DNA from: Eledone cirrhosa
Lineage: Eukaryota
Reading direction: 5' to 3'
Length of the DNA stretch: 64,000 nucleotides
NCBI GenBank assembly: GCA_964016885.1
Contig: OZ024741.1
Span: forward strand, 264,678,001 to 264,742,000
The translations under genes were made by a program, and so were the position numbers. This document shows positions 1-13,444 of the stretch, in pieces (within the stretch, counting starts at the first letter, position 1; every line of letters starts with the position of its first letter). The notes under the pieces were generated by a model. It did no database searches, had not been told where the DNA came from, and was given only the letters and a program-made list of their open reading frames with translations.

Positions 1-4
1 AAGT

Positions 5-220
5 AACCTTCTCCTAGATAGATACTTTAATAAAGACTAGGAGTCTCTCGCTCCACAAAAAAATAAAACCTGTGGCTTCGTTTGCATCCAATGATGTAGA
101 CCAGTACTTTTGGGGTTCAATGTTCAGAGAATGGGATTGGCTCCGTGCAAAGCCTATCCTCATTTACAAAAGCTTCAAGCACAGACATCACTTGATATGT
201 GACATATTTTGCGATACACG
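5..220. mobile_element. Diverged, internally inverted copy of the RTE-derived non-autonomous element
   Basis: 5-55 resembles the 47451-47500 segment in the same orientation, while 64-220 resembles 858-1000, so the two parts face opposite ways. Confidence 0.45.
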
Positions 221-451
221 GCATTGCTGGCCATAGGCACGTCCCTAGCAGGACTAAAAAGCCACATCCGTGATGCTCATACTTAAGTATCAAGCGATGG
301 CATTACTCGAAATCGAATTACAACAATCTTGTATGTATGCATGTTTTTATGTATGTATGTATGTATGTTCATGTATATACATGTATGTATATACATGTAT
401 GTATGTATGTTACATGTATGTATGTATCTATGTATGTATCTATGTATGTAT

Positions 452-1075
452 GTCGGGTCACTCTTGAGTGCTACTGGTAACATGTAATCCAGTACAACCT
501 GTCGCATTGTCGGGTCATCGGCGACTAAACCGGCAACCCCCACCAAGTTTACTTGGTAAGGAGGGTGATTTTGGATACCCTGCAGGACAAAAAACAAAAC
601 CTGACAAGGGGCGGAAGAACTCATAAGAGTCAACGGCCATCCAAAAGTATGTAAATATGTATCTACACATGTACATATGTATGTATATGTATATGTGTAT
701 ATACATGGGTGCATGTGTATGTATATGCGCGGGGACATAGAAATAGTCGGGCTGGACACCCGATCGCGCGGTTAAACCATTGGGAGTGAAGGACCCTTAG
801 CCTTTGTCAGGGCATTCTTCTAGAAGGCAACTCAGGAAACTGGGATAACTCCGATATAAAACCTGCGGCTCAGTAGTTACCGATGATGTTGATCTTTTCT
901 TCTTTTCGGGTTATAGCTACTGTCGCTCATAGAGTGGGATTGGCTCAGTGCACAGTCTTTCCTCACTTTAAAAGATAACTTCACGCACAGGCATTGCCCG
1001 ATAGAATTAGTAATTAATTATTAATAATGGTATATCGTGCAATGGCTATACTCGATAACGAGAGGGCAGCCATCA
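452..1075 (+). mobile_element. Non-autonomous RTE-derived retroelement in (TATG)n, with an internal microsatellite at 646-726
   Basis: Near-identical inverted copy at 47205-47741; relatives at 30072-30682 and 30894-31486; family carries a CTAG(GA)GAAGG(A/C)AACTC motif I recall from RTE 5' UTRs; ends GCAGCCA followed by (ATGT)n. Confidence 0.6.
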
Positions 1076-1246
1076 TATGTATGTACGTTTGTATGTAGGA
1101 ACCCGTATCTCATGATGGAGTCGTAGAGGGCACCGTCGTAGTGATATATAGTGTTTCGTGGGCATTTTAAACCTGGCACAGCTCATTCCCCTCTCCAGAG
1201 CTGAACGCACTTGATTTCTTCTCGAGGAGTGAGAGCGTGATAGAGG

Positions 1247-1333
<87 letters not shown>

Positions 1334-1801
1334 CCCAGTACTAGACTGGTACATTTATTTATCAACCTCGAAAGAATGAAAGATAAAGTTCTGTAAGTCT
1401 CAACCAAGAATGGATGGATTGCTTTACAAACCCATTTCACACAAACACACACATACGCACATACACACACATACACACACACAGGCACATACACAAGCAG
1501 ATACCGGCATACACGTTAACTTGATATATATAAATATATATATATATATGTATATATGTATATATGTATATATGTATATATGTATATATGTATATATATA
1601 TATGTGTGTGTGTGTGTTTATGTGTGTGTATACATACATATACACATATACATATATATATGTGTGTATGTGTGTGTGTGTATACATACATATATTCACA
1701 TATACATATATATATATGTGTGTGATTGTGTGTGTATACATACATATACACATATACATATATATATATGTGTGTGTGTATACATACATATACACATATA
1801 C

Positions 1802-1879
<78 letters not shown>

Positions 1880-1956
1880 TCATATCGGATTTGTTTATCG
1901 TTAATTCGTGAGCTGATTTTACGATACTCGATTATTCTATTATATATATATATATA

Positions 1957-2746
1957 TAGGAAAAAGTATGACCCCGACGGCAGAGCTCAAGCCGTTTCGA
2001 CGGCTATTTCTGGACTAAATTAGATTTTTTAGCCTGGTGAATAAATAGCCGAACTTTTCAAGGGGATACTTCCTTATATGGGAAGATTGTAGTTGTCAAG
2101 AGGATTGGTTAAAATTTGTTGTAAACACAAATAAGTCTATCATGGCATTTGGTGGGAGGTAGGGTGGCTGAACTTGTTGTAGAACAATAGGGGAGTGAGT
2201 GGAGCGGTCAAGCGTTGAAAGTGATATGTATACAGCAGAATAATGTATGAAGTGGAGGAGGGTGGTTATAGAATAGGTAAATCGAATGAGAGTAGGAGAC
2301 AATAAAAAATAATAGAAAGAAAGAAAAAAATATATAAAATTAGATAGTGAGAATGAATAAAGAAATCACAAAGCTATCTTACAATTACAGGTTAATAAGT
2401 TGAGAATAGAAAAAACTTATAGAAATTACAAAACAGATAGAAACTTAAAGTTCAGCCACCCTACCTCCCACCAAATGCCGTGATAGACTTATTTGCGTTT
2501 ACAACAAATTTTAACCAATCCTCTTGACAACTACAATCTTCCCATATAAGGAAGTACTCCCTTGAAAAGTTCGGCTATTTATTCACCAAGCTAAAAATTC
2601 TAATTTAGTCCAGAAATAGCCGTCGAAACGGCTTGAGTTCTGCCGTCGGGGTCATACTTTTTCCTATTGCCCACTCTACTACCCTAATTATTGAGTACTC
2701 TGGTGCATTATGGTCCATTTGGTTCCTTACCACAATTCCTTTGTTA
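1957..2746. mobile_element. Penelope-like pseudo-LTR fold-back in (TA)n (family F2)
   Basis: Inverted arms 1957-2175 and 2448-2666, with an ~80 nt tail on the right arm only; related copies at 8325-8459, 25572-25632 and 35584-35791. Confidence 0.75.
2553..2658 (+). ncRNA. Type I hammerhead, U3-A8 core variant (mirror copy on - strand at ~1965-2070)
   Basis: CCC-TTGAAAA (2562-68), stem II CGGCTATTT/AAATAGCCG, GAAA (2625-28), stem III ACGGC/GCCGT, triplet GTC (2645-47), then GGGG. Confidence 0.65.
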
Positions 2747-3173
2747 TATATATAGAGATAGATAGATATGTGTGTGTGTGTGTGTGTGTGTAGACATGAT
2801 TTAGATAAAACAGCATGTGGAGGAGGATTTCATAAACAATCTATGTATGCTGTTACTGCCGGTTTAGACACAGTTTGTACAGCAGTGAGACTCAAATTGT
2901 TCGAGCCCCCTTCCTCTCTTAGTTCTACATTTCTTACAGTCAATGCTTTTAAAGTCACCCAGTGACTTTAAAAGCATTGCTCCGAAGATAGGGTCAAAGA
3001 ACACTTCAGAAAATATAAACTGAAGAAATTTCAAGAAACTATCATACATACCTTTCTCTATAAAACATCCCGTTAAGTTATCTTCACTGCCAATCTTTGG
3101 GAACTAATAATATACACTTTAGTTAGGTGGAAATATAAGTACTTGCACAGAGGTACACAGACTGACACACACT

Positions 3174-3288
<115 letters not shown>

Positions 3289-3408
3289 AAACGAAAAATC
3301 AGTGATGCATCTGAACTCAATTTATTGTGTGTTACAATTGTTTCGCCGGCGGACAGCTCGAGACGCGATCATTGTGTGGATCTGTCGTCTAATTCTGGAC
3401 CCGCAGGT

Positions 3409-3591
<183 letters not shown>

Positions 3592-3850
3592 ATAAATCAG
3601 AATATAGTGTGTTAGAATTTCACCACATTCTATTTAAACGTAATCACTGTTATGCGTATTTCGATGGTATATGTTATGTAATCCTCAGATACGATCTCAT
3701 TAGACAGTCTTTAAGTTGCACAAAAGCTTACACAAGTGTTTGTTAATTTGTTTAATCTGCACTTTCGCCTGTTCATCAAAGGGTCATGAGACAAGAACTA
3801 CACGCACGCACACATGCACATACATACACACATACACACACACACGCGCG

Positions 3851-4252
<402 letters not shown>

Positions 4253-4259
4253 TGGATAG

Positions 4260-4317
<58 letters not shown>

Positions 4318-4808
4318 GTGTGTGGGGGGATGTATGTGTGTACGTGTGTGTGACATAAAACTGGACCAATTGGAATGTACAACATCGCATAAAACAAAAT
4401 AAGATAAGATAAAAGAAAAACTATTAAACAACATATCTACCCTATTCAGAATTCCTGGAGATTATATAGATTCCGAACTCTAAGATGATTACGTGGTTTT
4501 TCAAGCTTTATGTGAGTTTTTTTTAGGTTCTTAATCTTTAAAGAAAGTTTTAAAATAATTCATAAAATTCTTGTATAATATGCAACGAAATCAAAGGTTT
4601 GAAGAAATCAATATAAAAGGAGAATTAATCATTTGATGATGAACATGGTAAATCGATCGATGTAAAAGTAACTATGTAGTTATTGATATTTCTGGAGTTT
4701 TCTTTGTTCAGGAGTCTATTAATTCGAGGATTACCAAGGGTACTTTTGTAGTTATCAAAGTTGAATACATTTAAAATAACCTATGGTCATAATTAACCAT
4801 ATGTCTAT

Positions 4809-4847
<39 letters not shown>

Positions 4848-4875
4848 TATATTTATTTAATCATTATAAACGCCC

Positions 4876-5150
4876 GTAAAGAGCTAGTAAGCTATGGCAG
4901 GCTAAGGGAATTATCTAGTACTTCTTACAGGTGATAAAACAGACTAGGGGGAGTATCTAGTACTTCTTGTAGTTGAGAACAAAAATAAAACAAGATAGAC
5001 AGAAATAAGTGAATATAAAAATTAAATAAATATGAATTTAAACGTTCGTATAGAGCTAGTAAGCTATGATAGACTAGGGGAAGTATCTAGTACTTCTAAC
5101 AGTTGAGAAACAAAAAAAAATAAAGATAGACAAAGATACGTGAATATAAA
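4876..5150. repeat. Imperfect ~170 bp tandem duplication
   Basis: GAGCTAGTAAGCTATG...TATCTAGTACTTCT recurs at ~4881 and ~5053. Confidence 0.7.
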
Positions 5151-6609
5151 TATAAAAATAAAAATGGCATCGCTTGAGTCATTCTAGATGATGGTGACGT
5201 CTTGAAACACTTGATGTGTGCATTTAATTTCTCTTATGCTTTAATCAACTCAGTTTAACTTTGTAATTAGTTAAGCCAATTAACAGAAACAACAAGATAT
5301 CGCGAACACACAACTACCAAAATGGACGACACGCTTTATGAGAAAAAAACAACAAAATAAAAAACACTATTAATGTAATATTAATCCGATATTCTCTCTC
5401 AGTAATTAACTTTTTGACACCAGCATGGTCTTTCAAGTAAAGAGTTTAAGTACCCTTACTGTAATGTATCTACAAACTGACAAAACCGTTCTATATTAAA
5501 ATATAAATATGTATGAAAATACCAAATAAAGAACTAAATATTAACAGTATGAAACAATTCCTAGATTACTGTTTTGCTACGTCAATAATTTCATTAGGAA
5601 AGTGGGTGGAAGTCATTTATGTTTGGACTACAGAAATCACAGATGTCATTTTTCTTTAGAGTACAGAAACAACAGAAGCCTGTTTGGAATATAGAAACTA
5701 CAGATGATATTTTTGTTTGGAGTAAAAAAGCAAATGTTACTCAAGTTGTACTGTATATCTTACTGGCAATAATTGCAGATAGTTACGACTTTTCCCGTGA
5801 ATTTTGCGCGAATTACTTTATGGATCTGGACTGATTGCCCAAATCGATGAATCCTGCTTTTCAGGTGAACTAAAACTCCATAAATTGTAGTGTGTGTCAC
5901 ACAAACAACTTTGCTACCTAAAACTACGGTGCATAATGATTAATAGAAACCTCATGTAAACTTTGACAGAATTTTAGTTAATTCGTAAAGCCGTAAATAC
6001 GTTTTAGTGGGGGGGGGGGGGCAATTCATTGATCTTCTTTAAGCGTATGAGACTGTTGTTGTCTCAGGTTATTGTCATTTATCTGGTCGAGATCAGAGAT
6101 CAGAGAACAGTGATCAGTTTCCAGAGCCCACCACAAGGAGGTCAACAACTTGGGTCCCAAGTTATTGATATGTCGAAGAGCACGTTCAAGCAACAGAAGG
6201 CTAATTGGAGTAAAATCCGAACCTATAGTAAAGAAACGCACAGTTGTTGTAAAGATTGCACGTTTATTCCCAGTAGCATGTATGGCGTGAGAGTCAATCA
6301 AGTAATACATTTTCTGATTGATGTAATTGTATTGTAGATCAATATAATAGTATCTAAAATGTTATCCACAAATTCTTTCAGCGACATTGTATGTTCTGTT
6401 CACATTGGAATTTAAAAGAAGAAAAAAAAAGAAATTTATGGTGTAAAACTTAATTTAAAAAAAAATGCATTTTTATTCTAATGTTTTTGTTCCTAAAGTA
6501 ATAATTTTACATATATTTTGAGATTGGTTATCTTTATATTGCGTTCTGTGTTTTCCACCAAAATACTTTTAGTATAACACTGATAATAATCAACTATAAC
6601 ATACACAAA

Positions 6610-6850
6610 GGCAGTCGATTTGGCCGAGTCGTTAGAACGTCCTATTGAATGTTTTGTGATATTCGTTTCGGCTCTCTGTTTTCTGAGTTCAGATCCCGTC
6701 GAGGTCAACTTTACCTTTCATCCTTTCGAAGTCAAGAAAAAAGTACCAGTCTAGTACTAGGGTCGAATCTTCCTCTATATCTCTATCTCGCTTCAATTCT
6801 GTCCTTCTCTAGAAGAAATCTGCTGTATTCAGACCTGGAGAAGGATGGGC
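6610..6850 (+). mobile_element. tRNA-derived SINE with a 3' extension shared with the 17820 copy
   Basis: B box GAGTTCAGATCC, CTTTCATCCTTTCG core, shared tail CTAGAAGAAATCTGCTGTATTCAGACCTGGA. Confidence 0.7.
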
Positions 6851-7889
6851 TCCGCCAGGTTTTTAAATGCCCTTGAAACCCCGTATGTGGTGCTTCGGGG
6901 CTGTTGTTTATACCCATAATAACTCTGATTAAACAGGCCTATGATCAATGTTATTCCTATTATGACCATACCGTTTATTTTGTCTGGCAATGTACCTCCA
7001 AAATCATATTCAATATATCCTCCTCGTTTCAAGAGGGTTGGTTGTGATTTGATCAAGATTTCGCTGCTGTCTATATCAGAAATCAATATCAATGGAGCAA
7101 TGGTTGACATTAGTATCAGAAGATGGATTACTGAACGCCATTTTAAAATACCGGCTTCACAACGAAAGAAGCTGGCAGAAATAGCAGCCAAATCTCCCTC
7201 AAATCACACATCAAAATAGGACACATTGGATGATGTTGTCCAAAATTCTATGTACATTGGTAAAAAGACCGGATGGCCACGGCTGGAATCTCTTTGATCA
7301 TAGGATTGTTCTGGTGGTTAAATGAGTGATATATGTGTGTGTGAGTCTGTTTGTGTGTGTTTGTGTGTGTTGGAAGAGGTCAAACAAGCAGTTAGAAAGA
7401 AAGGGAAAGAGAAAGAGAAAGAGAGAGAAAGAAAGACTTAGAAAGAGAGAGAGAGAAATAGAAAGGGGGAGGAGGAGAAAGAAGGAGAGAGAGAAATAGA
7501 GAGTGTGAGAGAGAGAGATAGAAAGAGGGAGAGAAAGAGAGACTTAGAAAGAGAGAGGGGGAGAGAGAGGGTATAAAGAAAGCGAGAGCGAGAAAGAGGG
7601 AGAAAGAAAGAATGAGATAGAGAGAGAGGAATAGAGAGTGGAAGAGAGAGAGAGAGAGAAATAGGGAGTGTGAGAAAGAGAAAGGGAGAAGGAGATAAAA
7701 GGCTAAGAGTTGTATAATCCTAACTTGTGACCCAGCCACATGGCGATAACAAACTATTAACATGACCTGAGTTAGAATAATTTACTATGAAATAAATGTT
7801 GATTGTTAAATAGATATTCTAGTTTCAACAATTGAAGCTTGATTCTCTAACACGGATAATGTCACTAAAATATCAAGGTTATTATATAA

Positions 7890-7940
<51 letters not shown>

Positions 7941-7993
7941 TGAATGTGTGCGTGTGTGTGTGTGTGCGTGAATGTATGAGTGTGTGTGTATGT

Positions 7994-8024
<31 letters not shown>

Positions 8025-8171
8025 GATATACGTATACATAAATTAGTAAATAAATATACATAAATATACACTTATATTTATTTATCTATATATACTTATA
8101 TACATATATATAATATACATAACCATATATATAATATAGGTATTTATATATATATATTTTTTTTTTTTTTT

Positions 8172-8312
8172 CCATTACACACACTTCTCACCTGAGGAAG
8201 GGCTTATGCCCGAAACGTCGTCCCCCACCAACACCCCACTCTCCAGAGCGTGAAATTAATAAACATTCGTTGTACTGCCTCTCTGTTTTGTCCCTGTTCA
8301 AATTTTTCCATT
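8172..8312 (+). mobile_element. Short (TA)n-flanked module with a minimal HHR motif (family F8; second copy 36320-36447)
   Basis: CTGAGGA-A-GGGC-TTAT-GCCC-GAAACGTC at 8192-8219; stem I only ~2 bp. Confidence 0.55.
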
Positions 8313-8324
8313 ATATATATATAT

Positions 8325-8454
8325 ATAGCGAGGGAAAAGTGGTAAGGAACCAGGTGGACCATAACGCACCAAAGTACTCAATACTTAGGGTAGTAGAGTG
8401 GGTAATAGGAGTAAGTAAGACCCCGACGGCTGAGCTGCAGGGGTCTTACTTACT

Positions 8455-8459
<5 letters not shown>
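8325..8459 (-). mobile_element. Family F2 3' end with a small inversion
   Basis: Reverse complement of the 35680-35791 tail; terminal hairpin TAGGAGTAAGTAAGACCCC/GGGGTCTTACTTACTCCTA. Confidence 0.7.
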
Positions 8460-8490
<31 letters not shown>

Positions 8491-8491
<1 letters not shown>

Positions 8492-8604
8492 TTAACTTAT
8501 ATTGTAGCTCTAGTTCACTAGCTTCTATGGAGCGCTTGCCGCACATCTCGGAAGTTGTTTTTTCGCTAATTTCCAATACCCGAAATACGATTCTCGCTAA
8601 TTTA

Positions 8605-8677
<73 letters not shown>

Positions 8678-8786
8678 TAGCGAGAATCGTATTTCGGGTA
8701 TTGGAAATTAGCGAAAAAACAACTTCCGAGATGTGCGGCAAGCGCTCCATAGAAGCTAGTGAACTAGAGCTACAATATAAGTTAAA
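8491..8786. repeat. Perfect 114 bp inverted repeat centred on (TA)n
   Basis: 8491-8604 is the exact reverse complement of 8673-8786. Confidence 0.9.
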
Positions 8787-9238
8787 AGGCCAAACACACT
8801 GAGACGATGGTTAAACCATTATCCGTACAGCCATAGAAACGACCAAGCTATTCGGGTCAAACAAATAAAATATGATTGAAAAGTATACCCGGACCCCTGG
8901 AAGGTTGGTAAAATCCAGCATTTGGGTTTCTGCAACTCCTAAATCAAGTACTGTCTGCTTAGATAAATAATGTTAAGCTTTAGGTACGATGATCGAACAA
9001 GGAAGTCACTTTTTCAACAGGCTTTTAGTTCAAGTGCCAAGCGAAGGACTGACCGTTATCAAAACCCACGTGGGGATCGACAAGGGGGGGGGGCAACCCT
9101 TAGTTTTGGCGGATGAATTCAGTATGTGTGTTATTATTGCAAAATTGCAAAATATCACAAAACGAATTAAGTTCTCAACAGAATGGTTTTTAAATTAACA
9201 AAAGCTATTCATCAGTCAATAGAATTAACTTAAAAAAT

Positions 9239-9283
<45 letters not shown>

Positions 9284-9288
9284 AATAA

Positions 9289-9691
9289 CACAATAGACCT
9301 GACCTGGGGGGTTTTGGACAAGGAAAAAAGATCGTGCCTGATTGTTGATGTGGCCTGCCCATTCGACACGAGAGTGCAAGAGAAGGAGAGGGAGAAAATT
9401 AACCGATACCAGGACTTAAAGTGGGAGGTAAAAAGGATTTGGAACTGCCATGAAGTCAAAGTGGTCCCAATTGTCATAGGCACACTAGGTACTATCTCAA
9501 AAAGTTTCCAGGGATGGTTAAAGAAAATTGGCCCCGCCACGCTTTTTGGAACGCTTCAAAAGGCATGCTTGCTGGGAACAGCAAGAACCCTCCGATACGT
9601 CCTGAATACCTGAGGCTGCAGGTAGTGGCTTGATATTCATTTCAACAAACTTTCCAGTTAACTAACATCAATGAATGAGACTCAAAGAACA

Positions 9692-9693
<2 letters not shown>
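9289..9693 (+). mobile_element. R4/Dong-like non-LTR retrotransposon 3' fragment (restriction-like endonuclease)
   Basis: HNRPD...LIVDVACPFD...EKINRYQDL...VVPIVIGTLG...LQKACLLGT, a PD-(D/E)xK RLE C-terminus; flanked by (TAA)n on both sides. Confidence 0.85.
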
Positions 9694-9719
<26 letters not shown>

Positions 9720-9726
<7 letters not shown>

Positions 9727-9921
9727 TTGAAAACTAAAATCCAAAGAGGGCTCGATAAGGATAAATATATATCAAATATATAAGAACCGTAGAGCAAATA
9801 TTTATTAAAATAACAGATTAAAGTTTAAGCAAAGAATCGCTGCTTTCACCCTTAACGGGATCTTCTGAAGATCCCGTTAAGGGTGAAAGCAGCGATTCTT
9901 TGCTTAAACTTTAATCTGTTA

Positions 9922-9929
<8 letters not shown>
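9720..9929. mobile_element. pLTR-like fold-back (family F4), palindrome centred on the HHR core
   Basis: Arms 9803-9865 and 9867-9929; CTGAAGA at 9865-71; other copies 16287-16520, 25140-25252, 26221-26293. Confidence 0.75.
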
Positions 9930-9958
<29 letters not shown>

Positions 9959-10010
9959 TGTATATATAAATATTCTTAAAAGACTCCAGTTGCATTTTCG
10001 ATTTCATCTT

Positions 10011-10052
10011 GCGATGAAATACCAATGATGGTTGGAAGATCACTGATGAAGG
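10011..10052 (+). ncRNA. 5'-truncated copy of the K-turn reverse-order hammerhead motif
   Basis: GCGAT-GAAA-TACC-AAT-GA-T-GGTTGG-A-AGATCA-CTGATGA-AGG. Confidence 0.5.
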
Positions 10053-10925
10053 ACTAACTTTATTCATATGTAACCCATTAGCAACCCGCAGCACGTTTTT
10101 CTCATATTTACACATATTTTTTTCCGCGCTGTTACACGTCTATTTCGTTCTTACTGCTTCCTCTTTCTCTGTATCTTTACCCACTCTAGCAGTCACTCTC
10201 TCTGTTAGCCTCTTCCTCGCCCTTCACTCACTCATTCTCTGTTACTACCTCTCCTCCTCCTCCTTCTTCCCGTTTGACCTGTGCGCAATTCTTTTCTTTC
10301 GCACCCTTGGTCTGGCAAGTCGCTTTTTTTCTCTCTCTCTCTCGTCTACGATTTCACAGAACTTACGTTCACCGAAATCACAGACTAGATCCCTTCTTCC
10401 TCCTGTTAGACCTGTACGGAATTCCTTCCTTGCTTACATTCCAACCAGGTTTGATGGTCTTTATTCTCTCTCGTTCACGATTTCACCGAATTTAAATTCA
10501 TAGAAATATGGGACTTGACTCCTTCTTCTATCTATCTATCTATTTCTTTTTTTCAAATACCACTTTGGAAGAAGAATCAGGATGCAGAGAGAGGTGCTGC
10601 ACCCCAGCAAGTTTTATGAAAGGTGGGTGAAAGTGCACGAATGGCCCGAGTGAATGGGCCTACTCTTTATATCAGCCTGTAGGTTGAGGAAAAAGAGGAA
10701 GAGAGGAAAGGGGTATGTGTTACCCATATGAAATGTCTCCCCCTATTGGGGAAAATCGATTAATTTTTAAATTGCATTTGTGATAGTATTTTACACGTTT
10801 TTATTGTATGTAAACTTGCCCCTTTGTATTTGTCCCCTACTTTTGTGCCCCTGTGGCTAATAAAGAAACATATCTATCTATATCTATGTCTATATAAATT
10901 GATATATATATATATAGATATATAT

Positions 10926-11040
10926 ATGGAATAGAATGAAAAGAAATTTCATTTCTCACTTTTAGTACGGCAGTTACTTACATTTAAGTAAGTGCCGTAC
11001 TAAGGGTGAAATGATGAAATTTCGTTTCATTCTATTCCAT
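10926..11040. repeat. Imperfect ~55 bp-arm hairpin next to (TA)n
   Basis: ATGGAATAGAATGAAA...TAGTACGGCA / TGCCGTACTA...TTTCATTCTATTCCAT. Confidence 0.8.
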
Positions 11041-11168
11041 TTATCGTTTTCGGTGCGGTGCGCCCGGCCGACTAAACTCACTCGATATGCAAATTAGGCT
11101 GCTCAGCCGTTAATATGCATAAGGAAAGTATATACTTTCAGACGTTCAACCATCTGGCAGGAAGGTAT

Positions 11169-11211
11169 ACGATGCTGACGATAGCTAATAAGCTTGAAAC
11201 TAGTACATCGT
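11169..11211 (+). ncRNA. Minimal type I hammerhead ribozyme, intact core
   Basis: Stem I ACGATG/CATCGT, CTGACGA (11175-81), stem II AGCT/AGCT, GAAA (11196-99), palindromic ACTAGT stem III, triplet GTA. Confidence 0.85.
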
Positions 11212-11436
11212 TCCTGTGTCAGTGTTGAACAAAAAGGTGACGTGGTTGCCTAAATACTGTACGGCGTAATTCGGGCTGTTTGTTTGTTTACAAACAAACA
11301 GCCCGAGCATTATAATAAATGTTCGGTAAACCGATACGTGCATATATATATGTGTGCATGTATGTATATATATATATACATACTACTGTACGTCTGTATA
11401 CATATATCTATGTACGTATACATACATACATACATA

Positions 11437-11484
<48 letters not shown>

Positions 11485-11488
11485 TATG

Positions 11489-11538
<50 letters not shown>

Positions 11539-11542
11539 TATG

Positions 11543-11608
<66 letters not shown>

Positions 11609-12394
11609 GCAGCAACTACAGCAATAAAAAGTATATTAAGACAGCTAGTCTCTACTCTCTACTCTCCACCATGACAGTTATGTCATAATGGCGTCCATAA
11701 CGAGGGCTGTTTACTAAACTGGATTTCAAAGAGCAAATTACCATTTAATAACACACGTCTTTAGCTTTCTATCAAACAAGCAGCGTCTCTGATTGATCAC
11801 ATCCGCGTTCGTTTGATATTTACTGTTTTAACGGTACCGTGCCGTTAGTTTTAATGGTCACTGGTTTAATATAGACCAGATCACATGTGCTACAGTACTG
11901 AAGAGAAATGAGGGTTAGAGAAAGAGAGAGGAGACGGGTAGTGAGAGAGAGAGAGAAGGGAGAGAGGGGGATAGTGAGAGAGAGAAAGAAAGAGATAGAG
12001 AAAGAGAGAGAAGGCGAGAGAGGGGGTGGGGTGGAGATTTGTTTAATATAGATCAGACTATAAACCAGGTGTGCTTCTGTACCAATGAAAGAGAGAGCGC
12101 GAAAGAGAGGGGGGGGGGCAAGGGAGACATAGAGATAAAGATAGATAGATAAAAGAGAGAGAGAGAGAAAGATTTATAGAAACATAGAGAGAGAGAAATC
12201 GAGAGAGGCAGAGGTAAAGATATATTTCTTTATTGATAGATAGATTAAAGATAGATGGGTAGAAAAAGAGAAAGATAGATAGATGGATAGAAACATAGAA
12301 AGAGAGACTGGGAGAGGGTGATGTAGAGATAGATAGATAGAGAGAGTGAGAAAAAGAGCATGAGAATGAGCGGTTCGGAGAGAGAGAGTAAATA

Positions 12395-12680
12395 TGTCGC
12401 AAACCTCGGCATCGCGGCCCGCCTCGCAGAAGAACGTAGAATAAACAAATACCGAGGTTTGTCCGACCGCTTCCTCTTCGCACAGGCCGCCGTCGAGACC
12501 TAAGACGTACTTGGACCCCGTGGAGCCGAGCTCCTCCGCAAGATCGGAACGTGGGCGGCCCGTCTGAGGAAGGAGCCCTGCGAGGTTGGGAGGCTGTTGC
12601 AGTGGCTGTCACTGGCCATTGTCCTCGGGATGGTTTTTGCGGTCTTCTCCGTGGGGTACAGCCCTTCTGCTCCCATGCCC
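12395..12680 (+). mobile_element. CRE-clade-like non-LTR retrotransposon 3' fragment (decayed RLE domain)
   Basis: Manual translation AARLAEERRINKYRGLSDRFLFAQAAVET*DVLGPRGAELLRKIG...RLLQWLSLAIVLG resembles the CRE-type KY..L....F...AVET.G..G...QRLS.A..RGN pattern. Confidence 0.7.
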
Positions 12681-12863
12681 GAGGCCCAAAGCTCAATCAC
12701 CCTCTACCTTCACCCCTCCCTCTCTTCTGCGACACCAGAGTTCTTGCCATCTCCTCCCCTTCCTGTTCTCTTTTTTTCTTTCTCACTTTTTTCTCTATAT
12801 TTTCCTATTCTATTTTTACTTATGTCTCCTTTTCTATTGTTTATTATTGATGTTATTATTGTT

Positions 12864-13193
12864 TTGGCAGTATCGGTCGAGGGTCGGACGCCATGCTTTG
12901 AAGCATAGAGTTACCTCGCTGTATGACGTGAGTTCAAATCCCGCCGAGGTTAACTTTGCCTTTCATCCTTCCGGGGTCGATAAAATAAAGTACCAGTAAT
13001 GCACTGGGTAATTGCTGGCCTTGTGCCAAACGTAGAAACAATTATTGTTGTCGTTATTCGGCGGTATATATTATTATTCAAATCCCGCCGAGGTTAACTT
13101 TGCCTTTCATCCTTCCGGGGTCGATAAAGTAAAGTACCAGTAATACACTGGGGTAATTGCTGGCTTTGTGCCAAAAGTAGAAACAATTATTAT
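12864..13193 (+). mobile_element. Two tandem tRNA-derived SINEs (MetaSINE-like core)
   Basis: A box TGGCAGTATCGG, B box GAGTTCAAATCC, core GCCTTTCATCCTTCCGGGGTCGATAAA..GTACCAG. Confidence 0.85.
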
Positions 13194-13355
13194 TTGAACA
13201 TGCAACAATTATCTGTAAATATCACCATATATTTATGTAGAGTCTTATCACTAGACACAACCCTAGTACTCGTCCATCATCGCCAGTGAGGAGGGCAGCT
13301 AGTGCAGCGTTTGGCACTGCAGTGTCCTAACGACCCCGAATGAGGTTAGGAGACC

Positions 13356-13413
13356 ATGATGATGATGATGGTGATGATGATGGTGGTGATGATGATGATG
13401 GTGATGAGGATAA

Positions 13414-13444
<31 letters not shown>

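Noticed and set aside
6240-6390. Faint resemblance to the plexin cytoplasmic domain (SLKEFVDNILDTI)
   Set aside because: Needs a frameshift and similarity is too weak to support
12864-12945. tRNA genes
   Set aside because: A/B boxes belong to SINE heads; no cloverleaf
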